Positions 1 through 8,838 of a DNA stretch of 64,000 nucleotides are shown here, piece by piece. Under the pieces are notes generated by a model that saw only the letters and a list, made by a program, of their open reading frames with translations, had not been told where the DNA came from and searched no databases. This DNA comes from a virus, in the IMG/VR virus record IMGVR_UViG_3300021138_000002, positions 1 through 64,000 of that record; one strand, given 5' to 3'. The position numbers and the translations under genes are program-made. Positions within the stretch are counted from its first letter, which is position 1. Every line of letters begins with the position of its first letter.

Positions 1-1
1 G

Positions 2-115
2 CGAGAATGTGTCGAGTCATTGTGGACGGAAGAATGTTACACAAGCGATTTGGCCTTAAAAGAATTTCTAAAGAATAGTAAGAAGATTAACCTACATTTT
101 GGAGTTGAGGAATGA
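2..115 (+). CDS. Hypothetical phage protein, 5'-truncated; paralog of 112..375
   Basis: Frame open from the window edge, reading RECVESLW...KINLHFGVEE*. Shares ECVE and HFGVxE* with the next ORF; ATGA overlap with it. Confidence 0.7.
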   Translation, partial: RECVESLWTEECYTSDLALKEFLKNSKKINLHFGVEE

Positions 116-375
116 ACGAACGAATTCGACTACTTGCCGAACAGGCTGAAGAATACATAGAATTACCCATGCCCGATGAGGTTTACCATATGGGCGATGA
201 TGTATTCCGCAGGCATAAATCATTTAATCGAGAAAAGTTTGCTGAGCTAATCGTGCAGGAATGTGTGGAACAGGTCCGGACCGGAGTAAAAACCAATCCG
301 CCCGAGGCAGAGCCGCCTGAGTTGGTACAAACTCTGGTACGCAGAATCGAACAACATTTTGGAGTTGCGGAATGA
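94..375 (+). repeat. 22-bp direct repeat ACATTTTGGAGTTG(A/C)GGAATGA at 94-115 and 354-375
   Basis: 21/22 identical; each copy holds the gene end, the GGAG RBS and the ATGA stop/start. Confidence 0.85.
112..375 (+). CDS. Small hypothetical phage protein (EKFAELIVxEC...HFGVxE type)
   Basis: 87-aa ORF, GGAG RBS at 101-104, ATGA overlaps at both ends. Confidence 0.8.
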   Translation: MNERIRLLAEQAEEYIELPMPDEVYHMGDDVFRRHKSFNREKFAELIVQECVEQVRTGVKTNPPEAEPPELVQTLVRRIEQHFGVAE

Positions 376-626
376 CCATTACCATAAATCAATCGCCTTG
401 GGTCGCTATCAGGCCTGGTGATCCCAGTTATCAACTTGCAGGCGACGTGGCTGTGACCAATCGTGCATTTATTGAAATCGTTGATTGTTGCCCGAGATCT
501 TATGCTGAAATAATTGCCAAGGCAATCGAACAAGGCTGGATACAGGCCGTGGCCGCAGTGCCACGCAACGATCCAACTCTTATGTGGGACCTACTGAAGA
601 CTCATCAACATGAACACACAAATTAA
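372..626 (+). CDS. Hypothetical protein
   Basis: 84-aa ORF, GGAG RBS at 361-364, ATGA coupling. Confidence 0.75.
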   Translation: MTITINQSPWVAIRPGDPSYQLAGDVAVTNRAFIEIVDCCPRSYAEIIAKAIEQGWIQAVAAVPRNDPTLMWDLLKTHQHEHTN

Positions 627-822
627 ACGTATTGGACTGGACATCCAGTTTGGCATGATGCACAGCGAATTGTGGCTGGGACAGATCGACCGATTTGGGC
701 TTGCTGTGGTGGCTGACTGTTGCAAGGTGCTGGAACTCAACGGCTACGACGATGCCAGCCAATGTATCAAACAATATTTTGAACTCGTAAACGAAAGACC
801 CGACAATGAAAATCAAATTTGA
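610..822 (+). CDS. Hypothetical protein
   Basis: 70-aa ORF tiling the + strand operon. Confidence 0.65.
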   Translation: MNTQIKRIGLDIQFGMMHSELWLGQIDRFGLAVVADCCKVLELNGYDDASQCIKQYFELVNERPDNENQI

Positions 823-967
823 CAAAGAAACCATGCCCGACGACTTGTACAATGCGTTATTGTTGCATTTTGTACACGAGGCAGTGGCACAAGGTTTTCC
901 GGTAGAAAACCATACACAGTTCGTAAACTGGCGTGTGGAATGCGAAATAGCACAACCCACGCACTAG
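806..967 (+). CDS. Small hypothetical protein (53 aa, MKIKFDKETMPDDLYNALLLHF...), not in the ORF track
   Basis: Read manually: ATG 806, TAG 965-967; fills the gap in the operon and overlaps the previous gene. Confidence 0.65.
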   Translation: MKIKFDKETMPDDLYNALLLHFVHEAVAQGFPVENHTQFVNWRVECEIAQPTH

Positions 968-1040
968 ATCAATTTAACCAAAACTGCCAAAATACCGCAG
1001 ATTTTTCAGTGCAAAATATTTGCACTCAATCATATTCAAG

Positions 1041-1046
1041 TAAATA
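1041..1046 (+). promoter_or_regulatory. TAAATA late-promoter-like motif 5 nt before ATG 1052
   Basis: Core of the T4 gp55 late promoter TATAAATA; recurs before many structural genes; a gp55 gene is in the window. Confidence 0.55.
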
Positions 1047-1051
1047 TCTGC

Positions 1052-1267
1052 ATGGAAAATACTAATCAAATATCAATTGCCGATCTTGATACCATCAAAA
1101 ATATCATTGATCTGGCCAGTAGCCGCGGTGCATTCCGTGGTGAAGAACTCATGGAAGTTGGTCTTGTCTACAACAAACTAAAGAACTTTTTAGATGCTGT
1201 GATAGCACAAGCCCAGGCGCAACAACCACCTGCAGATTCAACTGCACAACCACCACAAGGAGAATAA
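1052..1267 (+). CDS. Hypothetical phage protein (IIDLASSRGAFRGEEL motif)
   Basis: 71-aa ORF after TAAATA; followed by AGGAG RBS for the next gene. Confidence 0.8.
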   Translation: MENTNQISIADLDTIKNIIDLASSRGAFRGEELMEVGLVYNKLKNFLDAVIAQAQAQQPPADSTAQPPQGE

Positions 1268-1268
1268 A

Positions 1269-2018
1269 ATGGCATTTACGAAATTCGTAGGCAAACACGG
1301 AGACCGTAGAGTCTGTGTGTTGTTTAGACAGGTACCCGGTGAAGATCACATGTGCCTGGTGATCTATCCTGATCAGATACATGCTCACTGGCAAGATGCC
1401 ATCCAGAAGGTGTTGGAAAGCCCAATGGCACAACAGGGCGATGAATTTGCCGATGCCTTGCATCGCAGCTACTTGCCAGATGGTCGTCCCATACTTGAAA
1501 CCCTGCACCAAGAACGCATGATCAAAAAATTACGCACCAGCGACATTATCATGACTCCAAATCAGGCCAGTTCAATACGCCTGGACGAGCTCAACAAGAT
1601 GTTGAACGAAATGAAACAGGGTGAAGATGCTATCAAGCGTATGGCACAAAATGATGCCAGCCGTGGCTTGGTTGATCCGCAGGTGAAGCGTGCTGCCGAA
1701 GCCGAATACAAAAAATCTCAAAGTCAGAAAACCGATCCTGCCCCGACCGCACAGCCGTTCATAGCCGGCAATGATGGCGCCTTAAGCGATCGCGATATTG
1801 CATCCAACATGTTGGCACAGGCCAAACGCATGGAAATGGAAGCCAAGGCCATGATCGCCGAAGCCGCAAGAATGAAAAAGGATGCAGAAAAAATGGATCC
1901 TCATGTGGCACCCAAAGCCGCAACAGCACCAGTCGCCGACAGCGTGGCGCCAGTCAAGGTCAAACGCACTCGTGGTCCTAACAAACCCAAGACTGTGGTG
2001 GCAGATGCAGCCCAATGA
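1269..2018 (+). CDS. Hypothetical protein with coiled-coil and basic C-terminus
   Basis: 249-aa ORF, AGGAG RBS just upstream. Confidence 0.85.
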   Translation: MAFTKFVGKHGDRRVCVLFRQVPGEDHMCLVIYPDQIHAHWQDAIQKVLESPMAQQGDEFADALHRSYLPDGRPILETLHQERMIKKLRTSDIIMTPNQASSIRLDELNKMLNEMKQGEDAIKRMAQNDASRGLVDPQVKRAAEAEYKKSQSQKTDPAPTAQPFIAGNDGALSDRDIASNMLAQAKRMEMEAKAMIAEAARMKKDAEKMDPHVAPKAATAPVADSVAPVKVKRTRGPNKPKTVVADAAQ

Positions 2019-2307
2019 TGATTTTTTAAACCAGTGGGAACTCATAATCAACGATGTCAGCAAAACTGATGTTCCCCTTGAATGTATCAAAAAGGTCGTG
2101 ATCAAGCTGGCCGGTGGTCGTCAAAAAACTATCAACATACAAACTCTGGTGCGTCAAGGCCTGAGCATGGAAGAAATAGAAACCATGATGACCCGTACAT
2201 TTACCGAACTTGATCCGGTCATACGTGACGTGGATTTTGTGGTAGATATATCGGCCGTGGCACAGATAGTCCAACCCGAAACTGACAAACTGTTAGGCAA
2301 ACTCTAG
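2005..2307 (+). CDS. Hypothetical protein (start reassigned from 1882 to ATG 2005)
   Basis: MQPNDDFLNQWELIIND...; the 1882 start would overlap the upstream gene by more than 130 nt. Confidence 0.7.
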   Translation: MQPNDDFLNQWELIINDVSKTDVPLECIKKVVIKLAGGRQKTINIQTLVRQGLSMEEIETMMTRTFTELDPVIRDVDFVVDISAVAQIVQPETDKLLGKL

Positions 2308-2329
2308 ATTGCAAGGTCTAGAGTTTTTT
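2299..2329 (+). terminator. Hairpin AAACTCTAGA-ttgcaagg-TCTAGAGTTT plus T-run; possible intrinsic terminator or operator
   Basis: Perfect 10-bp inverted repeat spanning the stop at 2307, T6 at 2324-2329; AT-rich stem, overlaps the next promoter. Confidence 0.45.
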
Positions 2330-2337
2330 GTTATACT
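2309..2337 (+). promoter_or_regulatory. Sigma70-type promoter TTGCAA-17-TATACT with extended TG; probably leaderless
   Basis: -35 at 2309-2314, TG at 2329-2330, -10 at 2332-2337, ATG 6 nt later, no SD sequence. Confidence 0.7.
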
Positions 2338-2343
2338 AACAGT

Positions 2344-2586
2344 ATGCCAAAAGTCTTGTTTCATCAGTTGCTCATGGGTGATGTTGAAGATCCATATCTA
2401 TATGCGGCCTTTCCCATCTCGGACTGGCAAAAAACCGAACACGGACAGTGGTGCATGCAACATGCCATTGGCGAGCCTGAATTTTTATGCATACCTGATC
2501 CACATACCATGGGCTATCGGGTGCGTATCACCGGCGAGCTGTCCGAACTTGACATAACTTTTCTCAAACTAAAGTGGGGCCAATGA
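2344..2586 (+). CDS. Hypothetical protein
   Basis: 80-aa ORF directly after the promoter; ATGA overlap with the epimerase. Confidence 0.75.
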   Translation: MPKVLFHQLLMGDVEDPYLYAAFPISDWQKTEHGQWCMQHAIGEPEFLCIPDPHTMGYRVRITGELSELDITFLKLKWGQ

Positions 2587-3560
2587 ACATATTAGTAACC
2601 GGTGGGCTGGGTTTTATCGGCCACAATGTGGTAAATCTCCTAGAAGCTCAAGGACACACAGTCATCGTCACAGATAGCCAGACCACGTATGGCATAATAC
2701 CAAAGACCGAACTGGACGCTTTGATTGCAGAACGTAGGCAATATATCACCACAGACAGAATCTATCGTGTTGACATTGCCGATCAGACCAGTATGAGCTG
2801 GATGTTACGCAAACACTCGATCGACACTGTGGTACACTTGGCCAGCTTTCCCAGACAAAAGGTAGTAAATGCCAATCCTACCCTGGGCAGTCATACCATG
2901 AGCGAAGGTCTGCTGAGCTTGTTAGAAGCCGGCCGAGATCAAGTTAAAAAATTCGTATATGTATCAAGTTCCATGGTGTACGGTGATTTTCGAGAAGAAG
3001 CGTTTGACGGCATTGCCGAAACAGCCCAGTGTGATCCAATCGGACAGTACGGTATCATGAAATTGGCCGGTGAGTGGTTGGTCAAAGATTATGCCAGACG
3101 TACCGGTATGACCTACACCATATTGCGTCCCAGTGCTGTGTATGGACCCAGAGATGTGGAAGATCGTGTGGTTTCAAAGTTTTTACTCGCAGCCATGCGT
3201 GGAGGAACCATACAGGTCAACGGGTCAGATGAATATTTGGATTTTACCTATGTGGATGATGCCGCACAAGGCATAGCTCAGGCCACAGTCAGTAATAAAA
3301 CCAACAATCGCACATATAATATTACTAGAGGACTCAGTCGTAGTCTAGCCGAAGCAGCCGAACTGGCTGTTACTGTTGTGGGCAGTGGAACCATACAAAT
3401 AAATCCTAGAGATTGCCAGTTCCCCCGACGCGGTCAGTTAAATACTTCACAGGCTCGACACGATTTTGATTTTAAACCCACAACTGACATAGAAAAAGGA
3501 TTTGAAAATTACTTCAACTGGCTTGTTCAGTCACAATATTGGAAGAGGAGCAATTATTAA
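2583..3560 (+). CDS. NAD-dependent nucleotide-sugar epimerase/dehydratase (extended SDR)
   Basis: MNILVTGGLGFIG Rossmann motif, VSSSMVYG, YGIMK (YxxxK), LRPSAVYGP, DFTYVDD. Confidence 0.93.
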   Translation: MNILVTGGLGFIGHNVVNLLEAQGHTVIVTDSQTTYGIIPKTELDALIAERRQYITTDRIYRVDIADQTSMSWMLRKHSIDTVVHLASFPRQKVVNANPTLGSHTMSEGLLSLLEAGRDQVKKFVYVSSSMVYGDFREEAFDGIAETAQCDPIGQYGIMKLAGEWLVKDYARRTGMTYTILRPSAVYGPRDVEDRVVSKFLLAAMRGGTIQVNGSDEYLDFTYVDDAAQGIAQATVSNKTNNRTYNITRGLSRSLAEAAELAVTVVGSGTIQINPRDCQFPRRGQLNTSQARHDFDFKPTTDIEKGFENYFNWLVQSQYWKRSNY

Positions 3561-4152
3561 AGTGATATCGTTTCATATTACTGATCCCTCCAGTTTTTCC
3601 ACAATTTGGGCAAACAACTAATTGTTGAGGACCAGGTGGATTTTTACGAGGACCTCGCGGCCCTTTTAATTTGTCTCTGCGAGCAGCGGCCTCAGGACCA
3701 TAGATTTCTTCGTAAGTTTTACCAGCATGAATATAGGATTGTTTTTTATATTTTGCTAACATTGTTTGTCTTTGTTTTTCGTTAGCTTCAGACGTTCTTA
3801 CTTTGCCTTTATTGTGAGTATTACCCTTGAGAGCGATTTTACTTGCCTCAGAAAGTATTTGATATTGTTTACTTGTAATTGTTCTTTGTTGATTAGAGCT
3901 TACCATAGCAAAAGCAGAAAATGCGTGATATAATTTTTTTTGATCAATAGATTTAGGTAACATCTTGGTTAGTAACCAATGGCATATAAAATGTTCTCTA
4001 GCGGTGAGATTAACCAGATTGTCAGCGTCATTTGTACCTCCTAATGATTTAGGGATAATATGATGCCGTTCAAAATACCCAACAGTTAATCTTGCTTTTG
4101 CTCGATTAACTATGTTATAATAGCAGTTAGTATACTTATTTTGTAAATACAT
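3514..4152 (-). mobile_element. Free-standing HNH homing endonuclease gene
   Basis: ERHHIIPKSLGGTNDADNLVNLTAREHFICH HNH motif, C-terminal CPNCGK...HFNNC, AT-rich, antiparallel between epimerase and aminotransferase, TAAATA at 4158-4163 (- strand). Confidence 0.88.
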
Positions 4153-4188
4153 AATGTTATTTATCTACTATTCCGTTTATTGGTACCT

Positions 4189-5274
4189 ATGACATCTACC
4201 GGCCTTACAATTCCTTTTACCGGAATAAAAAAACAGTATAGCGCCATTCGCAACGAAATCCTAGATGCGACCGATGAAGTGTTGCGATCCGGGCAACTCA
4301 TGAATGGCAACTACACAGCCGAATTTGAAAATTGGCTGGCTCGCCGTAATCGAGTCAAGTATGCTGTGACCTGTCACTCGGGCACACAGGCCTTGGAAAT
4401 CATAGCTGAATGGCAACTGTCACGACACAGCATGCCCAATCCACCCAGAGTTTTGATACCCAGCATGACTTATGTGGCCACTGCCAATGCGTTTGCTAGA
4501 GCCGGCTACGAAGTTGTGTTGTTGGATACCAACTACTATGGTCTGGCCGATTACAAGAAAATGGATACTGACATCAGCTATCAGGTCGAGATACTGGTAG
4601 GCATGTATGGCTCGGCCCTGGGTGCAGATCACCCTCGTGCTTCAGAAACATTTGAGGACGCCGCACAACACTGGCTCAGCAACAACAGTGCTCGGTCACC
4701 GTTATCGGCAGCAGCTGCCATCAGTTTTGATCCTATGAAAAATCTTGGCAACTACGGCAACGGTGGTGCTGTTGTAACCGACAACGTGAACTTGTTGGAG
4801 TTTGCTCGCGGCTGGAGAGACAACGGCAAACCCAATCACGATTGCTTTGGTACCAACAGTCGTATGAGTGAAGTGGATTGTGCCCAATTGTTGGTTAAAA
4901 CTCGACATATTGATGCCTGGCAAAAGCGTCGCAGTGTGATAGTACGCTATTGGATGGATCGGCTACGAGGATCTGGTATCCGTAGCCTAATAGATGACAG
5001 TAATTATGCCAGTCATGCCTATCATAAATTTGTGATCGAAACCGACAGTAGAGATCGATTGCAACAACATCTCAAACTGCACAAGATCGAAACACGCATA
5101 CATTACGAACAACCGGTACACGAGTTGCCGGCCTATCAGCAATATTCGGGACCGGATATACTGAGTGGTGCCAGTGCCCTAAGTCGACGCTGTTTGAGCC
5201 TGCCCCTGTATCCTGAACTGACTGACTTGGAAGTGGAATATATCATTGATCAGGTGTTAGATTTTGGCGGATAA
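4189..5274 (+). CDS. DegT/DnrJ/EryC1/StrS family PLP-dependent sugar aminotransferase
   Basis: SGTQALE, TYVATANA, EDAAQ, SFDPMKNLGNYGNGGAVVT (PLP lysine), NSRMSE, LSLPLYPEL. Start 4189 or 4180. Confidence 0.93.
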   Translation: MTSTGLTIPFTGIKKQYSAIRNEILDATDEVLRSGQLMNGNYTAEFENWLARRNRVKYAVTCHSGTQALEIIAEWQLSRHSMPNPPRVLIPSMTYVATANAFARAGYEVVLLDTNYYGLADYKKMDTDISYQVEILVGMYGSALGADHPRASETFEDAAQHWLSNNSARSPLSAAAAISFDPMKNLGNYGNGGAVVTDNVNLLEFARGWRDNGKPNHDCFGTNSRMSEVDCAQLLVKTRHIDAWQKRRSVIVRYWMDRLRGSGIRSLIDDSNYASHAYHKFVIETDSRDRLQQHLKLHKIETRIHYEQPVHELPAYQQYSGPDILSGASALSRRCLSLPLYPELTDLEVEYIIDQVLDFGG

Positions 5275-6134
5275 TCTTTAGATTTCCAATCATATACAGC
5301 CAATGAAATATCACGAGTATTGTTGGGAAAACTGTCTTGATTCAGAATTGGTAAATCATAGCATCTAAAAATTTTAGCTATTTGCCAAGAAATCCAAGCT
5401 TCTTCGGGTAAGGTTAATTTTTCAATTTTACTATTTTTCCCAGACATAATGTCATCAAAAATCTGTCGAGATCTAAGTTCAATGGTTATCCCTTGATTGA
5501 GTCTAAGAAATTCTTGGTGCACCACAGAAATCTGTTGAGTCGGATAAAAATTTAAGCCAAGGAATTTTGACATAGAATTAAGTTCAACACACAAAGTTCT
5601 GAGGTCAAAAAATGCCCTAAATGGAAAGTTATGCCACTTGGGTATAGTTGGATCAAAATCAATATACATGCCCAATCCATGTTCGTATGAATCAAACATC
5701 GAATAAAAATAATTCCGCAACAAGGATCTTGGATAGTCTATTTTTATTCCAAAATCTTTAATTAACGTATCTAAAAATTTATCAGCTTTTGGTAACTTTT
5801 TTAATTTGTTAATAGTGTCTTTTTCCAAAGTCTCAAGATCAAACACCTGATCTCCAGCACGATAAAAACTGTTTATAACTGCTATCAACATGTCCTCATG
5901 GTCAAGGACTATCCTTACTACTACATCATCACTATTAAATGGTATTTGAAAATGCGACCAATGATGTGCCTGTATGTATTTTTGATATGTCGGATCGTGC
6001 TCTTTTAAATGACAGGCTCCTACTTCATTAAAGAGAGGTTTTGTAAGATCATAATGATTTTGATATATAAAAACATTGGCCAACAATTCTAAATAATTCC
6101 CATGTAGCCCACCAAAAAAATCAATTTTGTGCAT
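5250..6134 (-). CDS. Hypothetical protein, AT-rich; N-terminal IDFFGGLHGNYL Gly-rich loop
   Basis: 294-aa ORF overlapping the stop of the upstream gene. Confidence 0.75.
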   Translation of the reverse strand: MHKIDFFGGLHGNYLELLANVFIYQNHYDLTKPLFNEVGACHLKEHDPTYQKYIQAHHWSHFQIPFNSDDVVVRIVLDHEDMLIAVINSFYRAGDQVFDLETLEKDTINKLKKLPKADKFLDTLIKDFGIKIDYPRSLLRNYFYSMFDSYEHGLGMYIDFDPTIPKWHNFPFRAFFDLRTLCVELNSMSKFLGLNFYPTQQISVVHQEFLRLNQGITIELRSRQIFDDIMSGKNSKIEKLTLPEEAWISWQIAKIFRCYDLPILNQDSFPNNTRDISLAVYDWKSKDYPPKSNT

Positions 6135-7728
6135 TGATTAGATTCCTTTTTATAAAAGCATAGCTGGCCAACCAATCCCAGTCGTAAGATTTTTTAAGTG
6201 CGTCAAAATCTCCACCGACCGCTTCGTAGTATTCCACAGCATCCTCTGCACCGTAGATACTCCATTGCCCATTGGGAATGCCCCTGGACACTGTGAGCCA
6301 TTTGTTCAGTCGATACTGACTTTCCACATCTGTTTGTCCACGCAGTTTGATGCATTCACGGAACGCAGTCCTCCAGGCCATCCAAGGTGTGTTGCAGTAT
6401 TCGGCCGTGCCACTTAAAATAGGCACCACTTCGTGAGCACTATCTAAAGTAAAGTCCAAGCCCACTCCGGGATTGTTCAATACCAAGTTCCGGTTGTAGG
6501 CAATCATGGCCTGGTGACCGTATGTCAAGCCGTTGATCGGATTGCGTGCATGGAAGATATAGTGCTTGGGTTCTTGTAGTCTATCTGGTTGCCATGACCA
6601 ATCAAAGTCGGGATTGACACGCAACTTAGCAAACACAGCGAAGAACCAAGGAGTAGTACTGAGCTCGGCTGCGGCTCGATAGGCGGCCACACGACCCTTT
6701 ACACCCGAACTTCGATGTATGCGATTTGGAATACTCACATGAGGCAATTGTAGATAATTGTATTCAGCACCAGGTTCGCCATTGTCAATAAACACAATGT
6801 CCAGCACTTGATCGTAGGCAAGATTGTTATGTGTTTTGTCTATGTAAGGATAATCATACAGTTGTGTTTTGATTGAATTTTTGGCTTCTCTCGGTACCAG
6901 CACAGTGCTGGCACCTGTACTGAGTGGCATCACTGTTTTCATTTGTGTACGCCAGAGGTTCATGGCCGGAACCACTCGTTCGCCGATTGCCCCGGTGTTG
7001 CACACAAACTGTACCACTGGATCTCGAAACTCATGAGCCCAGACTGCAGCAACCTGGGTGTCATGTTCGTGATACACTATCGGCACTGGCTGTCTTGAAA
7101 CTGAGACGTTTTCCACAAAGTGTATGGTGTCAAACCACTCGAGCAGTTTGATATCACGGGCTTTTTCCAAGAAACTGGGCACATGTACATAAAATGTATC
7201 ACCAAACTTTTGTTCGTCGCTGGCAAACACATGTAGCATGTTGGCTTGCCATTCACTGGGGTGCCAGGTAAAGTCAAAGCCGGTATAATCACATACACTG
7301 CTTATGATCCACACATACTCATCCTGTACCCGACTCAATATTCTTTTCAGTGTGCCTAGATAATCACCGATATATCTGGTTTGGTAATCGCAATCGATAT
7401 CAAGGCCATTACCGTGATCGATGCCCACAACAGGTACCGATTTGATCCGTGGCAGTTGACCATGGGCGTAATTGGTCGCTGTGCTGCCTGTCTTAGGCAC
7501 CAAAGCAGTTCCACCGTGCTCTTGCCATTGACTGGGCCACACATGAGTTTGGTCAGCTTCCCATGGCACGGGTTCCCATAAAAAATCGTGACCGGTGTAG
7601 TCGGTTAAATAGTTTACCCACCAAAAATATCTAGTACGACTCAACTGTTTTGCGTGTTCAATATCCTGCGCCGCTTGCTCATGAGCAAACAGATTGGGTT
7701 TGTTTCCAGAATAAAATATATCAAACAT
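6121..7728 (-). CDS. Glycosyltransferase-like (GT-A) repeat protein; paralog of 23085..24011, lacking DxD
   Basis: C-terminal GVKGRVAAYRAAAELSTT, ARNPINGLTYG and AWRTAFRECIKL match the 308-aa protein; internal DF.W.P repeats. Confidence 0.65.
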   Translation of the reverse strand: MFDIFYSGNKPNLFAHEQAAQDIEHAKQLSRTRYFWWVNYLTDYTGHDFLWEPVPWEADQTHVWPSQWQEHGGTALVPKTGSTATNYAHGQLPRIKSVPVVGIDHGNGLDIDCDYQTRYIGDYLGTLKRILSRVQDEYVWIISSVCDYTGFDFTWHPSEWQANMLHVFASDEQKFGDTFYVHVPSFLEKARDIKLLEWFDTIHFVENVSVSRQPVPIVYHEHDTQVAAVWAHEFRDPVVQFVCNTGAIGERVVPAMNLWRTQMKTVMPLSTGASTVLVPREAKNSIKTQLYDYPYIDKTHNNLAYDQVLDIVFIDNGEPGAEYNYLQLPHVSIPNRIHRSSGVKGRVAAYRAAAELSTTPWFFAVFAKLRVNPDFDWSWQPDRLQEPKHYIFHARNPINGLTYGHQAMIAYNRNLVLNNPGVGLDFTLDSAHEVVPILSGTAEYCNTPWMAWRTAFRECIKLRGQTDVESQYRLNKWLTVSRGIPNGQWSIYGAEDAVEYYEAVGGDFDALKKSYDWDWLASYAFIKRNLINAQN

Positions 7729-8809
7729 GATTAGAATAGATGAAATTTATTGTAACACATTTTTACCCCTAGTGCAAGACAAATCTTCGCACGGGCTACA
7801 TTGGTTTGACCCATTTGGCAGTGTGCGTTTTGAAGACTTGTGTAATGTTCCGCCTGTTGATAATAACAAGAATTCAGTTCGTTATTTGTTTTGGGATCAG
7901 GAACCATTGCATCAGGAAACTGTGGATCAAACTCTGTCATCATTTGTCACGATGTTTCCACTGGGTACCAGACACATCATCACTAGCGAACACAACAGCG
8001 ATCAGGTTGAACATGTGAAAAATACTTATGGGTTTGTGCCTCATTACTACTTCTTTCATGGCTGGGCTGCCTTGGATTGGTATCGCGGATACGACCGTAG
8101 TTTTTTAATGCCTGCACCCAACGATCGTAAAATTACCGCTACGTTTATCAGTCCCAATCGCATAGTGGCCGGACAAAGAAATCACAGATTGTTGATGTTC
8201 TATCACATACTCAAAAATCAAATGCTGGACAACTATATCAGTTTTCCTGCTATATGTCCGGCCGAGGGAATAGCTGTACGTGATGCTGTCAAGAGTTTAA
8301 CTGACACATACCCTGACATCGAATCTGTGTATGCCGACAAAAATTTACATCTGCCCCTGGAGTTCGAAGGAGAATCTGGTGCTCCTATGCACAGTTTTCA
8401 ACTGAGTCTATTCACACAGTGTGCCAGCAGTTTGCTGTACCTAGTAAACGAAACAGTGGCCGCAGGACGCAGGCATCACCTAACCGAAAAAACATTCAAA
8501 CCTATTTGTTTACGCATGCCGTTTGTGTTGGTCGGCACGCAAGGCAGTCTGGAATATCTACGCAGTTACGGGTTTAAAACATTTAACTCGCTTTGGGATG
8601 AAAGTTACGATCTTGAAACCGACGATGTTATTCGATTGGAAAAAATAGCCGGTTTACTCAAGGAATTAAACAGTCTCAACACAGCAGAAAAAAATTCTTT
8701 GTTTCACAGGGCCGAGCAAATATGCCAACACAATTACGATCATTTTTATGGTGGCGGGTTTGAATCTGTTCTATGGACCGAACTGACACAAATGATCAAA
8801 GAATTTTAA
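7727..8809 (+). CDS. Putative glycosyltransferase with GT10-like 'TEK' motif
   Basis: LVNETV...LTEKTFKPICLRMPFVLVG...GFKTFNSLWDESYD; paralogous to 15047..16015 and 20520..21692. Confidence 0.6.
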   Translation: MIRIDEIYCNTFLPLVQDKSSHGLHWFDPFGSVRFEDLCNVPPVDNNKNSVRYLFWDQEPLHQETVDQTLSSFVTMFPLGTRHIITSEHNSDQVEHVKNTYGFVPHYYFFHGWAALDWYRGYDRSFLMPAPNDRKITATFISPNRIVAGQRNHRLLMFYHILKNQMLDNYISFPAICPAEGIAVRDAVKSLTDTYPDIESVYADKNLHLPLEFEGESGAPMHSFQLSLFTQCASSLLYLVNETVAAGRRHHLTEKTFKPICLRMPFVLVGTQGSLEYLRSYGFKTFNSLWDESYDLETDDVIRLEKIAGLLKELNSLNTAEKNSLFHRAEQICQHNYDHFYGGGFESVLWTELTQMIKEF

Positions 8810-8828
8810 TATCGACATATCAACCCAT

Positions 8829-8834
8829 TAAATA
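8829..8834 (+). promoter_or_regulatory. TAAATA late-promoter-like motif 4 nt before the amidinotransferase ATG
   Basis: ttaaataactcATG; no SD sequence. Confidence 0.5.
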
Positions 8835-8838
8835 ACTC

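Noticed and set aside
3514-4152. Group I intron housing the HNH gene
   Set aside because: The flanking epimerase and aminotransferase each look complete, and there is no non-coding space for an intron core.
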